The notes beneath the pieces are model-generated. The model was not told the origin of the DNA, searched no databases, and worked only from the letters and a program-made list of their open reading frames with translations. The position numbers were made by a program, and so were the translations under genes. This document shows, one piece after another, positions 12,405 through 24,450 of a stretch of 64,000 nt of DNA (position 1 is its first letter; every line of letters begins with the position of its first letter). Source of the DNA: Marsupella aquatica (Eukaryota; Plantae; Marchantiophyta); contig OZ316898.1 of NCBI GenBank assembly GCA_973895155.1, forward strand, positions 12,551,659 through 12,615,658. Reading direction: 5' to 3'.

Positions 12405-13340
12405 TGCATAATTCTCACATTGCACACCAAATTCATGCATAATTCTCACATTGCACACCAAATTCATGCATCTCTAGCATTTGTTGAAAGTGTCTATGGT
12501 AAGCCCCACAATTTTCAGCCATTAGATATTTTGACTGATCTCATTGATGATTGATATTTGTTTTGGATTGATGGTTCAAGTATTTATTTTTTGGTGCGTA
12601 AGTCAAAGACTCTTACCATTGGCATTGTAGAAGATCTTATTGGAGAAAATTGATGTTTCAACCAGACTATTATTTTTGGGAAGTATGGGTAGTGGAGACA
12701 TTGGCATTGTAGAAGATCTTATTGGAGAAAATTGGTATATTGATGTTTCAACCAGACTATTATTTTTGGGAAGTATGGGTAGTGGAGTCGAGGATTTTCA
12801 AAAAATTTCAGCAACAGAAACATGTGTCTTTTGAGATAGAAAACATGGAGATCTAGTAGGGTTCATTCCCAATAATAAGATTTCAAACTAGACTCAGTCT
12901 TAAACCCTAGACACCTCCAAACAAATCTCATTTTCCGGAATGAATCCACCAAATCTCCATGTTCATTGCCATAAGAGGCACATACTTCTTTTGCTGAAAA
13001 TGTTGTGAATTTGTTTTTCTTCTCCACGACCCACACTTGCCAAAAATAATAATCCCCTTGAAACATCAATATACTAGTTTTCTCCAAGAAGCTCTTCTAC
13101 AATGCCAATGACAATGGTCCTTGACTCGTTGACCTGAAAATGAAGACTTGAATAGTGCATCCAAAACAGATGCCAATAATCAAATGAACGAGATCTGTCG
13201 AAATACGCATTGACTGAAATTTGTGGAGAGAGAATATATTTAGTCATTACAAGAATTTGAAGTCTCTCTACCATGAGTCCCAAGTCTTCCAAAAAAAGCA
13301 CATATTGCATGAAAATTGACTGGGGGATAGTTGCATGTGT
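12405..13340. repeat. Long diverged inverted repeat (foldback) with internal tandem duplications
   Basis: 12505-12883 aligns to the reverse complement of 13226-12922 (e.g. cattggcattgtagaagatcttattggagaaaattggtatattgatgttt vs ...gagcttcttggagaaaactagtatattgatgttt), with a ~40-nt loop. The left arm carries 31-bp (12405-12471) and ~82-bp (12617-12787) duplications. Outer limits are approximate. Confidence 0.85.
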
Positions 13341-14242
13341 ATTCTTTCTCTTACAAACCCAGCTAGAAGCTCCAAAGACTGCACTCCATGCACCCTCATA
13401 GGTTGAAACATCAGCCTTAGTTAAGCTGACATACAATGGTCAACTAGAAAGCAACAACAACTTATCTACATGAGATATGTAACCTCGACATAGATGATGT
13501 CTCTTTACCAAGTTAGTGTAAAAATTGGGAGGATTAAGGTAAGATGACATACCTGTTTTCCTTCAAGTGTACCAAGTACGTCATTAGGAGCTGCTCTGAA
13601 ATCTCCACAAAAGCAGCCACATAAGGCAATTGTCCACTATAGCCTAGCTTTTGATGTTTGTGGGAAGAATTGTCTCCCTTGCACAAGAGGTAGCTAACAG
13701 CAAGTGTCATTGACAAACTAAGGGATCCTTTCTTTCAGTGCACTCAGCTCAACGTAGGAAAGACCATCACCCAAATGATGTTCATGGTCGATACTTGTGA
13801 TTTTCTTGCTTTCTCACTGACTTTCTTTTCTACTTGCCTCCAGCCCTATCTCCATAACTAGGTGCCTCAGCTGCAGAAGCAATTTGAGACTCCAGTCAGT
13901 ACTAGTGCACATGGGCTCAATGTCACTCAAGGGGGAAACAGAGGACCCCTAAGAACCACAAATTCTATAACCCCTTTTGATATTTATGGTAATTACATTC
14001 ACTACATCAGTCTAGAAACTTCAAGCTCAGCTTCAGAGCTGTTGTCATGCTTAATTGAGGCACTTCAATGGAGTCTGCTACAGATCCCCAAACACGTGTT
14101 CATTTGTGTCAAAGAATTTATCAAATTCAAAAACAAAAACCAGAAAAACCCTCGATGTAGGAGTGTGATCATTGTTATCTGGTGTGCTTATACCGACGAG
14201 TCCAACAGCTTAAAAACTAACACATCAAATTCACTCTTCACT

Positions 14243-14440
14243 TAAACCACAGCTGTCCATATAAAACGGCCTCATTCCTTGCCTTGCTACTGTTTGTCCC
14301 TGTCCATAAAAATGGAGCCCAAAGAGTGCACTGTGATAGCGGACCAAAAAAATGGAGCCCAAACCATAAAAATGGAGCCCAAAGAGTGCACTGTGATAGG
14401 TAGAGGTAACCTGTAGCTCTCTTTACACAGGTAGTTGTTG
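14243..14440. mobile_element. End of a dispersed repeat family (second copy at 34511-34721); includes a duplication with 60-bp period (14304-14399)
   Basis: Both copies share ordered motifs: aaaccaca(g/c)ctg..tataaaa, tggagc(c/t)caaag, gtgcactgt, gtaacctgtagc, agttgt. Confidence 0.55.
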
Positions 14441-14471
14441 ATTTATGAGCACTACTTACTTCGAGAGTGGT

Positions 14472-14701
14472 AGCACAAACTTTCACAGTACAGAGCTTCT
14501 TCACTGCCGAATCAGGAGCACAAATATTCACGGTACAGAGCTTCTTCACTGCCGAATCAGGAGCACAAACTTTCACAGTATAGAGCTTCTTCACTGCCGA
14601 ATCAGGAGCACAAACTTTCACAGTACAGAGCTTCTTCACTGCCGAATCAGGAGCACAAATCTTCACAGTACAGAGCTTCTTCACTGCCGAATCAGGAGCA
14701 C
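14472..14701. repeat. 45-bp tandem array, 5 near-identical copies
   Basis: Unit agcacaaactttcacagtacagagcttcttcactgccgaatcagg; it explains the repetitive APDSAVKKLCTVKVC ORF. Confidence 0.95.
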
Positions 14702-15437
14702 TAAGCGAACGTAGCACTAACGATAGTAGGGAGAAAGGGATTGTAATTATAGTCGAATTGTGATGCCTTTCTCCCGTGAGACAAGGAGTTGCTGAAGATG
14801 AAATGGAGGTGTTCTAATTACCCTTTGAGGTCGTGATGCCTCTGGCGTCAACTGAGTGGGATCTTGGCGGCCATGAAGGCTGCCAAATTAACAAGTCTGC
14901 ATGACCGTCCAGACCAACAACGGCCTCATCTAAAGCATTTCCAAACGGCTGTGACTGAGGTAAGTTGCTGTTGTTGCTCCGCATTTCTCGAAGTACCCGT
15001 CTCCCTGACAAAGATCGTGTTGAATATGTGAGCATCGTCAGCATCGATCGAATGCCTCTGCGATGTCCTGGCTGGACTGAGCACCACAGTTTCTATAAGT
15101 TTCTATAGAAGAGACTGGAATCTCCGAGCTAGCATTCCCGCAAACTTCACTAAACCTGTTCATGTTTGCAACTTACTACTACTCCTTCGAGACACTAACT
15201 TAACTACTGCACAATATTTCCCCGTCCCTCCGTCGAGATCTCCTTCTTTCGGCAGTGTGGAAGAAGCCCTCTAATGCTCGCGCTTACCTGCTTTGCTTTC
15301 GTAGGCTCGTTGGCCCTTTTCATTTTTCTGCTGCACGCAGACATAGAGGTGGCCAGGTGGGTGTCCGCGATTATGTTGAAGAGGAGCCGTATGTCACGGC
15401 CTCATTTCACGTAGGGACTTGCCCTCCCCAACTACTG

Positions 15438-15552
15438 TCACGGGTTTGGAACTCTCCGTCCTGGCGCCTCGTCCTTGTGCTGGCTTTGCCGTGCCATCAC
15501 GCGTTTGGAACTCTCCGTCTCAGCGCCTCGTCCTGCGCTGGGTTTGCCGTGC
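15438..15552. repeat. 59-bp diverged tandem duplication
   Basis: tcacg(g/c)gtttggaactctccgtc...gcgcctcgtcct...tttgccgtgc at 15438 and 15497. Confidence 0.85.
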
Positions 15553-17760
15553 TTTTCGTCTCGCTGCTCGCCATGCTTGTCGATTCTCTGTGGCGAGCCA
15601 TAAACCCTGCTCTGTCACTGGGAATTATGCTGGACTGAGCTGATGAGCACAGTAGATAGCAACAGCCCGTTCGATTCTCAACTACGTCTTGACTGGATTG
15701 ATCGTTCGTAAGCTTGGGTGACGACGTTGCCTCCTTGGAACTGGAAGAATTTGTAGATGAGGGAGAGTGACAGACATTTGATTGACAACTGTGCTCAGGT
15801 CAGAGAAACTAATACTTTTCCGCCCAACATTGCCATAGGACTCCGGTTCGAGGTACAGAGATGGAACAGCGAAGCAGCAGACGTCGAGCTATAAATCTCA
15901 ATAGATATATCTAGTGTTCCTACTGCACAAGGTGGACACTGGTGGTTGGATATGTAACATCTTGAATCCGCAAGCTGCCCCAAACTGATTCGCGATAGCA
16001 ATGAAAGCTTTATGAATAGTAGCATGCACGTCGTCACTTGAGGCCTGTCGCTTAGACTAGTTGGGGACCTCGCGTGTGCCATTCTCATGGTGTCGATTTC
16101 CTCTTGATGTTGTGAATTTAGGAATTAAGGGCTGAACATTCGTAAACACTCCTGACATCTGGTCCGAAGTAAGTACTTAATTACATTCATGTTCTTTAGC
16201 AAGTCATAGCCAAGACACCACGACTCACAATGTTTGGGCTCTTAAAGCTTACAGTAGAACCTTTCATTGAGGACTGTCTAGCGCAAAATAACCGATTTTA
16301 AGTTGAAAACCGAGTGATTTCAACGGAACAGATTGTAGAGCACGATGAAGACTGCGACTCTAAGGTCAAAGTCGATTTTTATTGCTAATAATTCTCTGAG
16401 ATGAAGGGCATGAAGCGAGGTAACTTTATTCGGAATGGAGTGCCAAAGCTTCCTCTCCAGAGATGCAAGCCGTGACTATGTTTGGGGACGAACATACCAA
16501 TTTTGCAGCAGTGGAATGTCTTCATCTTGAAGTGCGCAGCTAGCCACAAGCTACAGTATTTACTACCTAGTACTGAGTCGTTAGAATTGAAAAGTCGATC
16601 CGGGAGTCAGGAACGATCACATTTTCTCGTGAGTTAGGAGTTCCCGCATCACACTGCGTACCAACGACCCGGCCTGGTTTTAATCAGGTCAGTAGACTGA
16701 TCACAAATTCGTTGGTTTCCTTTTTCCGGGAATCTGACCTAGCAGGCGGATCGAGAAAAAAACAGCCTTTCAAATCCTTCCACTGTTTTCCTCATACCTA
16801 ATAACTCAGATTGACTTCTTCCGTATGTTTTAACTTCCATACCCCGCTATGTTTCTGTGGGCAACAACCTTTTAGGTGTTTTCGGATAGCTTTGCACTCT
16901 TCATGACGGACATGGTGTCCATATCCAATATTCAGAACTATACAAGGGACACTGACGACAGACATGGTGACTGACCTTTTCAAGTAGTTCGAGCATGATT
17001 TCCAAAGATGACGTGCAGCAAGTGGATCCGAGGCGGGAAACTCAGTCTTGATCGAGCTGTCCAAACTAGATGCGAAGTGGCCAGTGCAGAATTCAGTTTA
17101 TTCACTCAATTGAGCTCATGCTACAGCACATGAACCGATTGTGTGTTCCTACTCTATGCTCGAGATGTCCCACTACTGATCCGGGGTCGGGCCTTGCTGC
17201 TTCTCCGGCTCTTTATGTTCTGGTGAAGAACCTTTTGAAGATCGCTTTGTGACTGTTAGACTTAGCTGGATACATTCTTGTCACTAACCGTGTTGTTATT
17301 ATAACCTTGGTACAGACCCAATAATCAAACAATGTACTTGTTCTCACCAAGGTTCTTTGGAGCTTTCTTCTATGGAACTGATGTTCCAACTGCACAAAAG
17401 TTCTGACCACAAGCTCTCGATATTCACGAGGCCCTGTCCTAACATCTATCTACGCTCTGGAGGCAGGGAGGATTTAACTCCTTAATTACGTGTCAAACAA
17501 TGAAACGCAGTCTCCCTCTTTCATGATCTAACTGGTCCTGAGAGTTATGTACAAAGAAAGATAATTTAAGTCGCCCACTTCCGAGTCTCCAGCAGACCTC
17601 TAAATATCTAGGCGAAGAAAATATTCTACATACTTCAGAATGAACCGTCGCATACCAGATCGAGGGACCCAAATGTACTAAAATGAAAAACTTTGGGGTA
17701 CGTTTCCTCGCACCATAAAAGTGGCCTTCCTATAAGACATCCGTTGGCTATTCCTTCCCT

Positions 17761-20700
17761 TCAAAGCGTTGGCTGCAGTTCACAAGCTGCAACTGACTCC
17801 AGGAGCCAAGTGTGGGGCACAGCAGAAGCTCCAACATTGACGGCTAAGGACTTTGCCTCCTCCGCCACGATATCCGTCGTTTTTACATCGTCGTCTCCGT
17901 TATAGAGGACAATCGTGTTTGCTCTGCTATTGGACAGCGAACTTTCGAGCAGGAGAGGTTTGCGGTGAAGAACTACTCCCCTTCCTGCTGCAATCAATGA
18001 CTGCAGGTCTTCCTTACTCACAGAAGTGAATTCTCCGAAGAAATAAAACGACAAGCCTTCCAGTAACTTTGGTCCCTGCTAGCAAAGCAGTCCATAGTAC
18101 AACTAGTCAAGACTCTGCTGCGTAGCTGATTCCGGTGAGCTAATCTGAATGGGGCTTTACCCACTTGGATTGCAACAAGTAGAGACATTGACTGCAACAG
18201 CAACAATTCTAAACAGAAAGACTTCAGCTACGTCGATTCAAACGTTGTAGGTTGTAGGTCATCGCTTTCACGTCTGTTTCTTAAATCATAATCAATTAGG
18301 AAACCAAGGACTGAAGCATACTCTGGCTGCAGCAAGGGCGCGACTCCGCTGAGGACCACCTCTGCGGCCGTTGAAATCTGACGTTACTTCGTACTGATCT
18401 TCGCCTAATATGTGCCCTGCTGAAAGACAGGCACTCATCCCTGCAAGCAAAGCCAAGTCATCCGATCATGAAGTCTTCTTCATAGAGACAGACCAACACT
18501 TCAAACATGATCAAAAACATTATCCCATGCAGTTACGACGGGGACTTCGTCGGAAAGGTATTTTCTCTGGAATCAGCCAAATATCAGGTGCAATAGAAAG
18601 AAATGGGTGAACTTTCTTACACTCGAATTTTACAATCCATTTCCCCTGTAATAATCCCAGAAGAAACTTGAGAGTCCTTCTTGCACCTCCTTGCTCATCG
18701 GTCCCAGTGATGACATGGGTCACATTTGGGCTCCAACGTTTCACCACGGTTGCACCTGTAACTGATGCAAACGCAGCCAACTCTTTCTGCCACAATGTAG
18801 CCACGAACGGAATCAATTCTTCGAATTCTATTGAAAGTCAAATAACCCAAACAGGAATCATTGATTCCTAATTGAGTCGAGATGAAAACAATCGACCTTT
18901 GTGTAAGTTGTATAGTCGCATAATGACATTAGTTTTGCTAAGTAGACCAGTTGATTTAATTGATCTTTTATCCGCTCAAGGAAGGACTTGAGCTCCCGGT
19001 CATACGTAGATTTACTTACAGGTAAGGTACTACTGTACCTTCATTTCAGAATCTAACCCAGAGCCGCAAAGAATCCATTTGCAAGCTGGGCCAGTAGGCC
19101 ACCTTTGCCGCCGCTCACCAATACATACCCCTGGAGTAGCACTCTTGTCTAGCCCATCTTTCTCAACACTTAACAGATCGGGACCTTTGAATGGACTTAT
19201 CCTGCATCTTTTCCGTCTTGGAAACTTGCAATCAGCATGTTGAGGACAGAACATAACAAAATCATCCTGCACAGCAACCAGTCTTATCTTTATCTTTCCA
19301 TAAAATCTACGCCCACTGCGGTACTGTTATTTCTTGTCAAGCGCTCCTCGTCACTTTGATGCCCAATAAAAGGTGAAATGCTAGTGGAGGGACGATCCAG
19401 AAGGAAATTTACAGAATGACTCACGAAGGTCAGGAACCACAAACATGTGAGGCATTTCCGCAACTTCCAACAAGACACCTCTATTAGTGGTTGCAGAACA
19501 TATCCAACTAAGACTTCAGAGAGAATCACGAGGGCAGAAGTGTCACAACAGCTTAAGTCCTTATTCAACAATCGCTTTGATGAACGAATCTGGCAACAAT
19601 GGAATTTGATATCAAGTCAGGGGCGGCGAGCATGCTTGACATTTTTGAGATCGCGCAACAAAGGAAATGCCTTATTACCTCATCCCACTTGCAGCCCGGC
19701 GTGGCACGGCCACACGGGTAGTGAAAGCTCCGTTTGCACCGTTTATTGCAACACCCAAGAGCAGCCCCTCTCATCCCACAGCTGCTACACTTAATTTTCT
19801 GACCTCTCTTGACTTCACAAGCTAGGTTTCGTGGTTCATCGTCGCTGAAGTAAACGTCGGGGGCCCTGAATTACAGGACAACGCAAGTCAACAGGATGAA
19901 AGAATTCTCGAATTGCAACGGGGTTCAAGGTCTTGAGTGAACCGTAGTATTTCTACTACATATACATTCCTCAGGTGTCTTTCGACTGTACATGAGGATC
20001 ATTGACAGCTCAAAGGGAACTTTACCATTCAGCGCAAAGCTTGTGGACAAGTACAGCTTTGATTCTGGTCTGACCTCTCGAAGGGAAAGCGTCTTTGTAT
20101 TCAACAAGAGGCCCAGCCACCTGCACAGAGCGCTCAAAGTATTAAGAACGAAAAATCTTTAGTAGCACGAAAAGATTTTAAAGGCGAGTACCTTCAAAGG
20201 AAAAGAGACGAAGGGAACATCATTTACCTCTGAGTCACCGCCTGATCCACAAAAAACGCAAGATGGGCCGCCTTCTGTTGAAGACTCATGGCTAAGTTCC
20301 CCATCTGGCGTCGTTGTTTCTCTTCCACTGCTATCGTTCTGTTCATGCTCTGGCACGACATCTTCGCCACTGATTTCATTTTGATGAGCACAATTTTGTT
20401 CTAAGGTTTCCTCAGCAGTTGTATCTACAGCTGGCAGTTCATCTGAGTCATTATCTAAGTTGACTTCTAGGCGAATCTCGTCGTAGGAAGAATCTGACGT
20501 CCTTCCGTTCTTCTGGGCTCCATGCCTAGTAGAAGTTTTGAGTCCAACACAATTCCCGGGTATTGTATCACCTTTCTTATTTAAGAACGGAGACTGTTCA
20601 TTTGATTTCAATTTTCTGCACACCTTGCCAGAAGACTGGCCAATTTGAGGCGTCTTTGATTTTGAGCATTTCGAGAGTGTCCCTCTTATCAGTCTGGAAG

Positions 20701-23388
20701 GTTCTTGGTGCAGCTGGGGCGTCTGAGTGGCTTCCACTGCCAAAGGAACTTCAGCGAGACAGTTGCGAGGACTTTTGGGCTCGTCGTCATCAACCCCCTG
20801 CCGACTGTTCTCGTCCCTGCCAAGTACGGATATCTCCTCGTTGAAGCTTTTGGGCTTAGAATGACAAAGTTGGTCCTCGACTTTCTCTTCAGGACTGCTG
20901 GAAAGTTCGGGAGAACAGGGACGTTGTGACCACACAAACGCGTCACTGTCATAGCTGTCCGGGAGTTGAATCCCAGAAATCCCATCCTGCCACACATCCA
21001 TATTTTAACTCATTGAGTTAACACGAATCTAAGGCTATTTATACTGAAAGAACAATGCCCAGACTGTTACAATTCTATAGCTGGCTTCTGGTATTTGACT
21101 GAGCTGTCGGACATTTTCGAAATCTTTTGCCATGAAATGAAGACTGTTGTATCAAAACATCTAAGATCTTTTGCATGACCTGCCTCTACAATAGACACAA
21201 AGCACGAAGACTGAAAATCATAGGTATCCTGCGCGAACTATTTACCAATGTGAAATCCTACGAGGATGCTCTATGCATTCTAGCCAGTGGCTGATTCCCA
21301 TCTCCTGTTTAAACGACAGATTAATAGATCCATAGATATCAGGAGGTATTAGCGTGAGGGGGTGCATCTCGTCTGGATTCCAAAAGTTCAAGCTCCACGT
21401 CCACGGCCCAGAACTTTAGGAATTAGAGTGTACGAGCGACTTTGAAAACAGTGGGCACGACCAGATTATTGCAACGACATTAATTTTGAGTCCTGTTCAT
21501 TAAAAAGTTTTAAAAATTTCACTATAGGCTGATGATTGGACAGGACCTGGAGATGTTCGAGGAGAGGAAGGAACTGCGGATTACCGGGCGGTGCACATCT
21601 TCCGATTGGTCATCATCTTCGTCTGGGTCCTTGAGGTCACTAAACGACGGTCTCAAAGGGCGTGCAGCCCCTTGAGTCTGAGTGATTTGGGTCGGTGGCT
21701 CATCCTGAGAGGGCAGCACCTGGTCTCGCACCCAGAAGAATGGTGACAGCTGGGGCGGCTGCGCTCCTGAGTGGTCAAAGTTCGAAAAAAAAGTGTTTGG
21801 CGAATCCTTTCTTTCTTCTTCCTGAAAGACTGGACCTTCGTCGTTTAAATCGACCCGCGACATATCCTCACTTAGATTTATCTCCTCGTTTTCTGGGACG
21901 ACTGGGTTTGCCATCCGAGAAGAAGATAACGTGGCTTTGGGTTCAGCACATACACTCTGCCTCTCGCTCAGTTCAGCCTTGTCATCGTTATCAGTGTCAT
22001 CCGCATCAAGAGGGCGTAGAGTAGCTCGGACTTTCTTCCTGCCTGGGACTGGGACGGCGCCTTGGATGGAAAGATCTTCACCCTCTTCCTGCATCATCTC
22101 ACTTCCCATTCCATACTCTAGTCGTTGGTTCTTATTATCTGGAAGAACTAATTGAGACTTTCCCCTACGACGTTTCTTGAGGCGGTGACTGATGTTCACG
22201 GTCCCCGAATGCGGGACATGATTCGAGACTTGACCTTTCTGCTTTCTTCCCCTGCTCTTTGCGGGCTGCCGCCCAATTTTCTTCTGCTTAACAATCTGTT
22301 CTCCTGCCTCTGCAAGACCCAGAAAAAAATTAGAAAAGAATTGCATGCCTAGAAAGAAAATTTGTAGCTTGACAATAATTAAAATGCTAGCATTGTAAGC
22401 CCTCAAGTATCCCTGTTTGATAATAACATGACTTGTAATAAAGTAAAATGAATTTTGATTAAAGCCAAACCTGATTTGATTTATGCGACCTTCACACGGA
22501 AAGCGTATTATTCATCACTGTTCAGAGGGAGGGATCTAAGAAAGACAGACAAAGCGGGTATAGGGAGATTTACCAAGGCTTTGTAATTGGGACGGCTGCT
22601 GGGTGTGAAACAGGCTCACGCCTGCTGAGGTTTCCATGCCTTTGAAAATAGCGACGAGGCCGTCCATCTGCGGAGCGGATCGGACCTCTGCATGGCGTTC
22701 AGGACAATTGCGCATAAGGAATCATTTTCCAATAGCTTGACATGATAGGAGTTAAATGCCGAGGAGTTCAACTCAGAAGAGGAGGGTGTCAATAGCAACT
22801 TGCCTCTTGGAGCTGCTGGCACTTTGCATATTGGGCAGCACGAGGTCCTCTTCATTGATTGCACAATGCAAGCACTACAATGACATACCAGCTCTTCAGT
22901 AAGGTGGGCTACTAATTCAGAGTAACAATTCGGTGATTTTACTGCAAAAGGCAAAGACTTTGGCTATACATACTCAATTGTAGGGGAGCTCGTTCAGTTC
23001 GGCGAAAAAATCTGGAAACCAAAGACGACCAAACAGTAATGACCAGAAGGAGCAGAGTATAGTAGCATACGTGCAGAAACAGTGGTTGCAGGAAAGCGAA
23101 GCTGCCTGCTTGTAGAGACTTAAACTGCACAATTAAACCAGAAATGCTCAGTCCAAATCCATTTTCGTAAAGCTACCCTACAAGCTTACAATGCAGAGCT
23201 AAATTGGATATGAATAGAACTCGGAAGAAACTTTCATGGCAAGAGTATAAAGGTCCAACGTCGATTGCAAACGCTGAACCAAGATACAGCAATGCTGTTG
23301 AGAAGAATAGCAAGGGCTCGTACCAAATTGGGCACTTGAGCTCACTCGCCATGCGCTCCAGCTCGGAGGACGGCAAGTTGGTGCCCAT
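17761..23388 (-). CDS. BRCA1: Plant BRCA1 (RING, extended PHD, tandem BRCT), ~965 aa
   Basis: 12 exons: 23388-23324, 23124-23071, 22874-22804, 22687-22574, 22309-21585, 20986-20228, 20120-20026, 19865-19679, 19266-19039, 18786-18621, 18440-18322, 18075-17761; total 2898 nt, in frame. RING ELKCPICLSLY..SCNHCFC..C..CCPICK; EVRSAPQMDGLV; LSPFFW; FVWSQRPCSPEL; ePHD HKLCAEWAPDVYF..GAALGC..SFHYPC; BRCT WSPNVTHVI..RTLKFLLGLLQGKWIV and WLLES. Intron 3 is GC-AG. BARD1 is the close paralog, but the N-terminal motifs fit BRCA1. Confidence 0.92.
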
Positions 23389-23893
23389 CTCGATCGCCGG
23401 CCCGAGCTCTGCCTCACTTTGCCCGCAGCTATCCCCTACGGAGTCAAAGTCCCCTCTCCCTGTACTTGTCACTCAACCTGAACAATGTGGTCACACTCGG
23501 CCCTCACGCCCCTTCCCTCAAATTCCAATTCGTCACTCTTGTTTCCAGAGCCGTCTCACAAACGAAGCTAACAGCAAACTATCCCAATCGGATCACTCCC
23601 TCCCATTCCAGCCGAAAAACGTCTCCCCTCCCTCACCTCATTGAATTCAAGACGAAAATGTCAATCTCGGTGACCGGATGAACAGCTTTCAGTGAAACAG
23701 AGCGCAAGGCCAATCGATCACGACAGATTGACTGCAATGCAATCATCGCATCCCGAATAATAAGTAACAAAAGGGTCAGAAGACGACCCATCCAGCGCCG
23801 ACGAGACGCCACTCCGAAGCAACGGTCCTAACTCTGTTTCACTGAAATCCCTTCGGCTCTCATCATTCTGCACCAATCTCTGCGCTCCGCTCC

Positions 23894-24092
23894 GTCCCAG
23901 GAAGAGTCTTGAACAATCTTCCTTCGAAACAAACATAGATTTCCGACCATTTCTCGCAAGTCCCAGAGAAGAGTCTTGAACAATCTACCTTCGAACAAAC
24001 ATGGATTTTCGACCACTTCTCGCAAGTCCCAAGAGGAGTCTCTAACAATCTTCCTTCGAACAATCTTCCTTTCGAACAACCATAGATTTTCG
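23894..24092. repeat. 66-bp tandem repeat, ~3 copies, upstream of BRCA1
   Basis: gtccca..gagtct..aacaatct.ccttcgaa starts at 23894, 23960 and 24026. Confidence 0.9.
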
Positions 24093-24422
24093 AGCGCAGC
24101 TTCGCGAGGTACTGTAGGTGCTCCGCAAGTGAGTGAGCCTCTTGAGGAGGCCGCCCATGAGAACAGCGGATTGTGCGCGTGGTGGCGTAGACGTCCCCTG
24201 TTGCAGACACGCACGCAGCTCGGCAAATTCGAAATTGGAGGAGCATTCAAATAATGTTTTCGTTGCGCGGGAGAAGTTGAGTTTTGTGCTGCGCGCGAAG
24301 GATGGTCGTTCCCACTCCAATATCCGATCTAATGTTTTGAAAGACTCAGATACTGTAGTTTGTTTCTGAATAGACTCTGTGTTTGCCGCGTTCACTGTGA
24401 GATTTCAAAGACAAAGTTAGGA

Positions 24423-24450
24423 CCCTAAACCCTAAACCCTAAACCCTAAA
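24423..24450. repeat. Interstitial plant telomeric repeat (CCCTAAA)4
   Basis: Exact ccctaaa x4. Confidence 0.95.

Noticed and set aside
14238-14717. 159-aa ORF with APDSAVKKLCTVKVC repeats
   Set aside because: By-product of a 45-bp (multiple of 3) array; non-ATG start and no other coding evidence.
21077-21179. Possible poison exon in BRCA1 intron 5
   Set aside because: Only an acceptor-like site and a short frame; no convincing donor, and the main model is complete without it.
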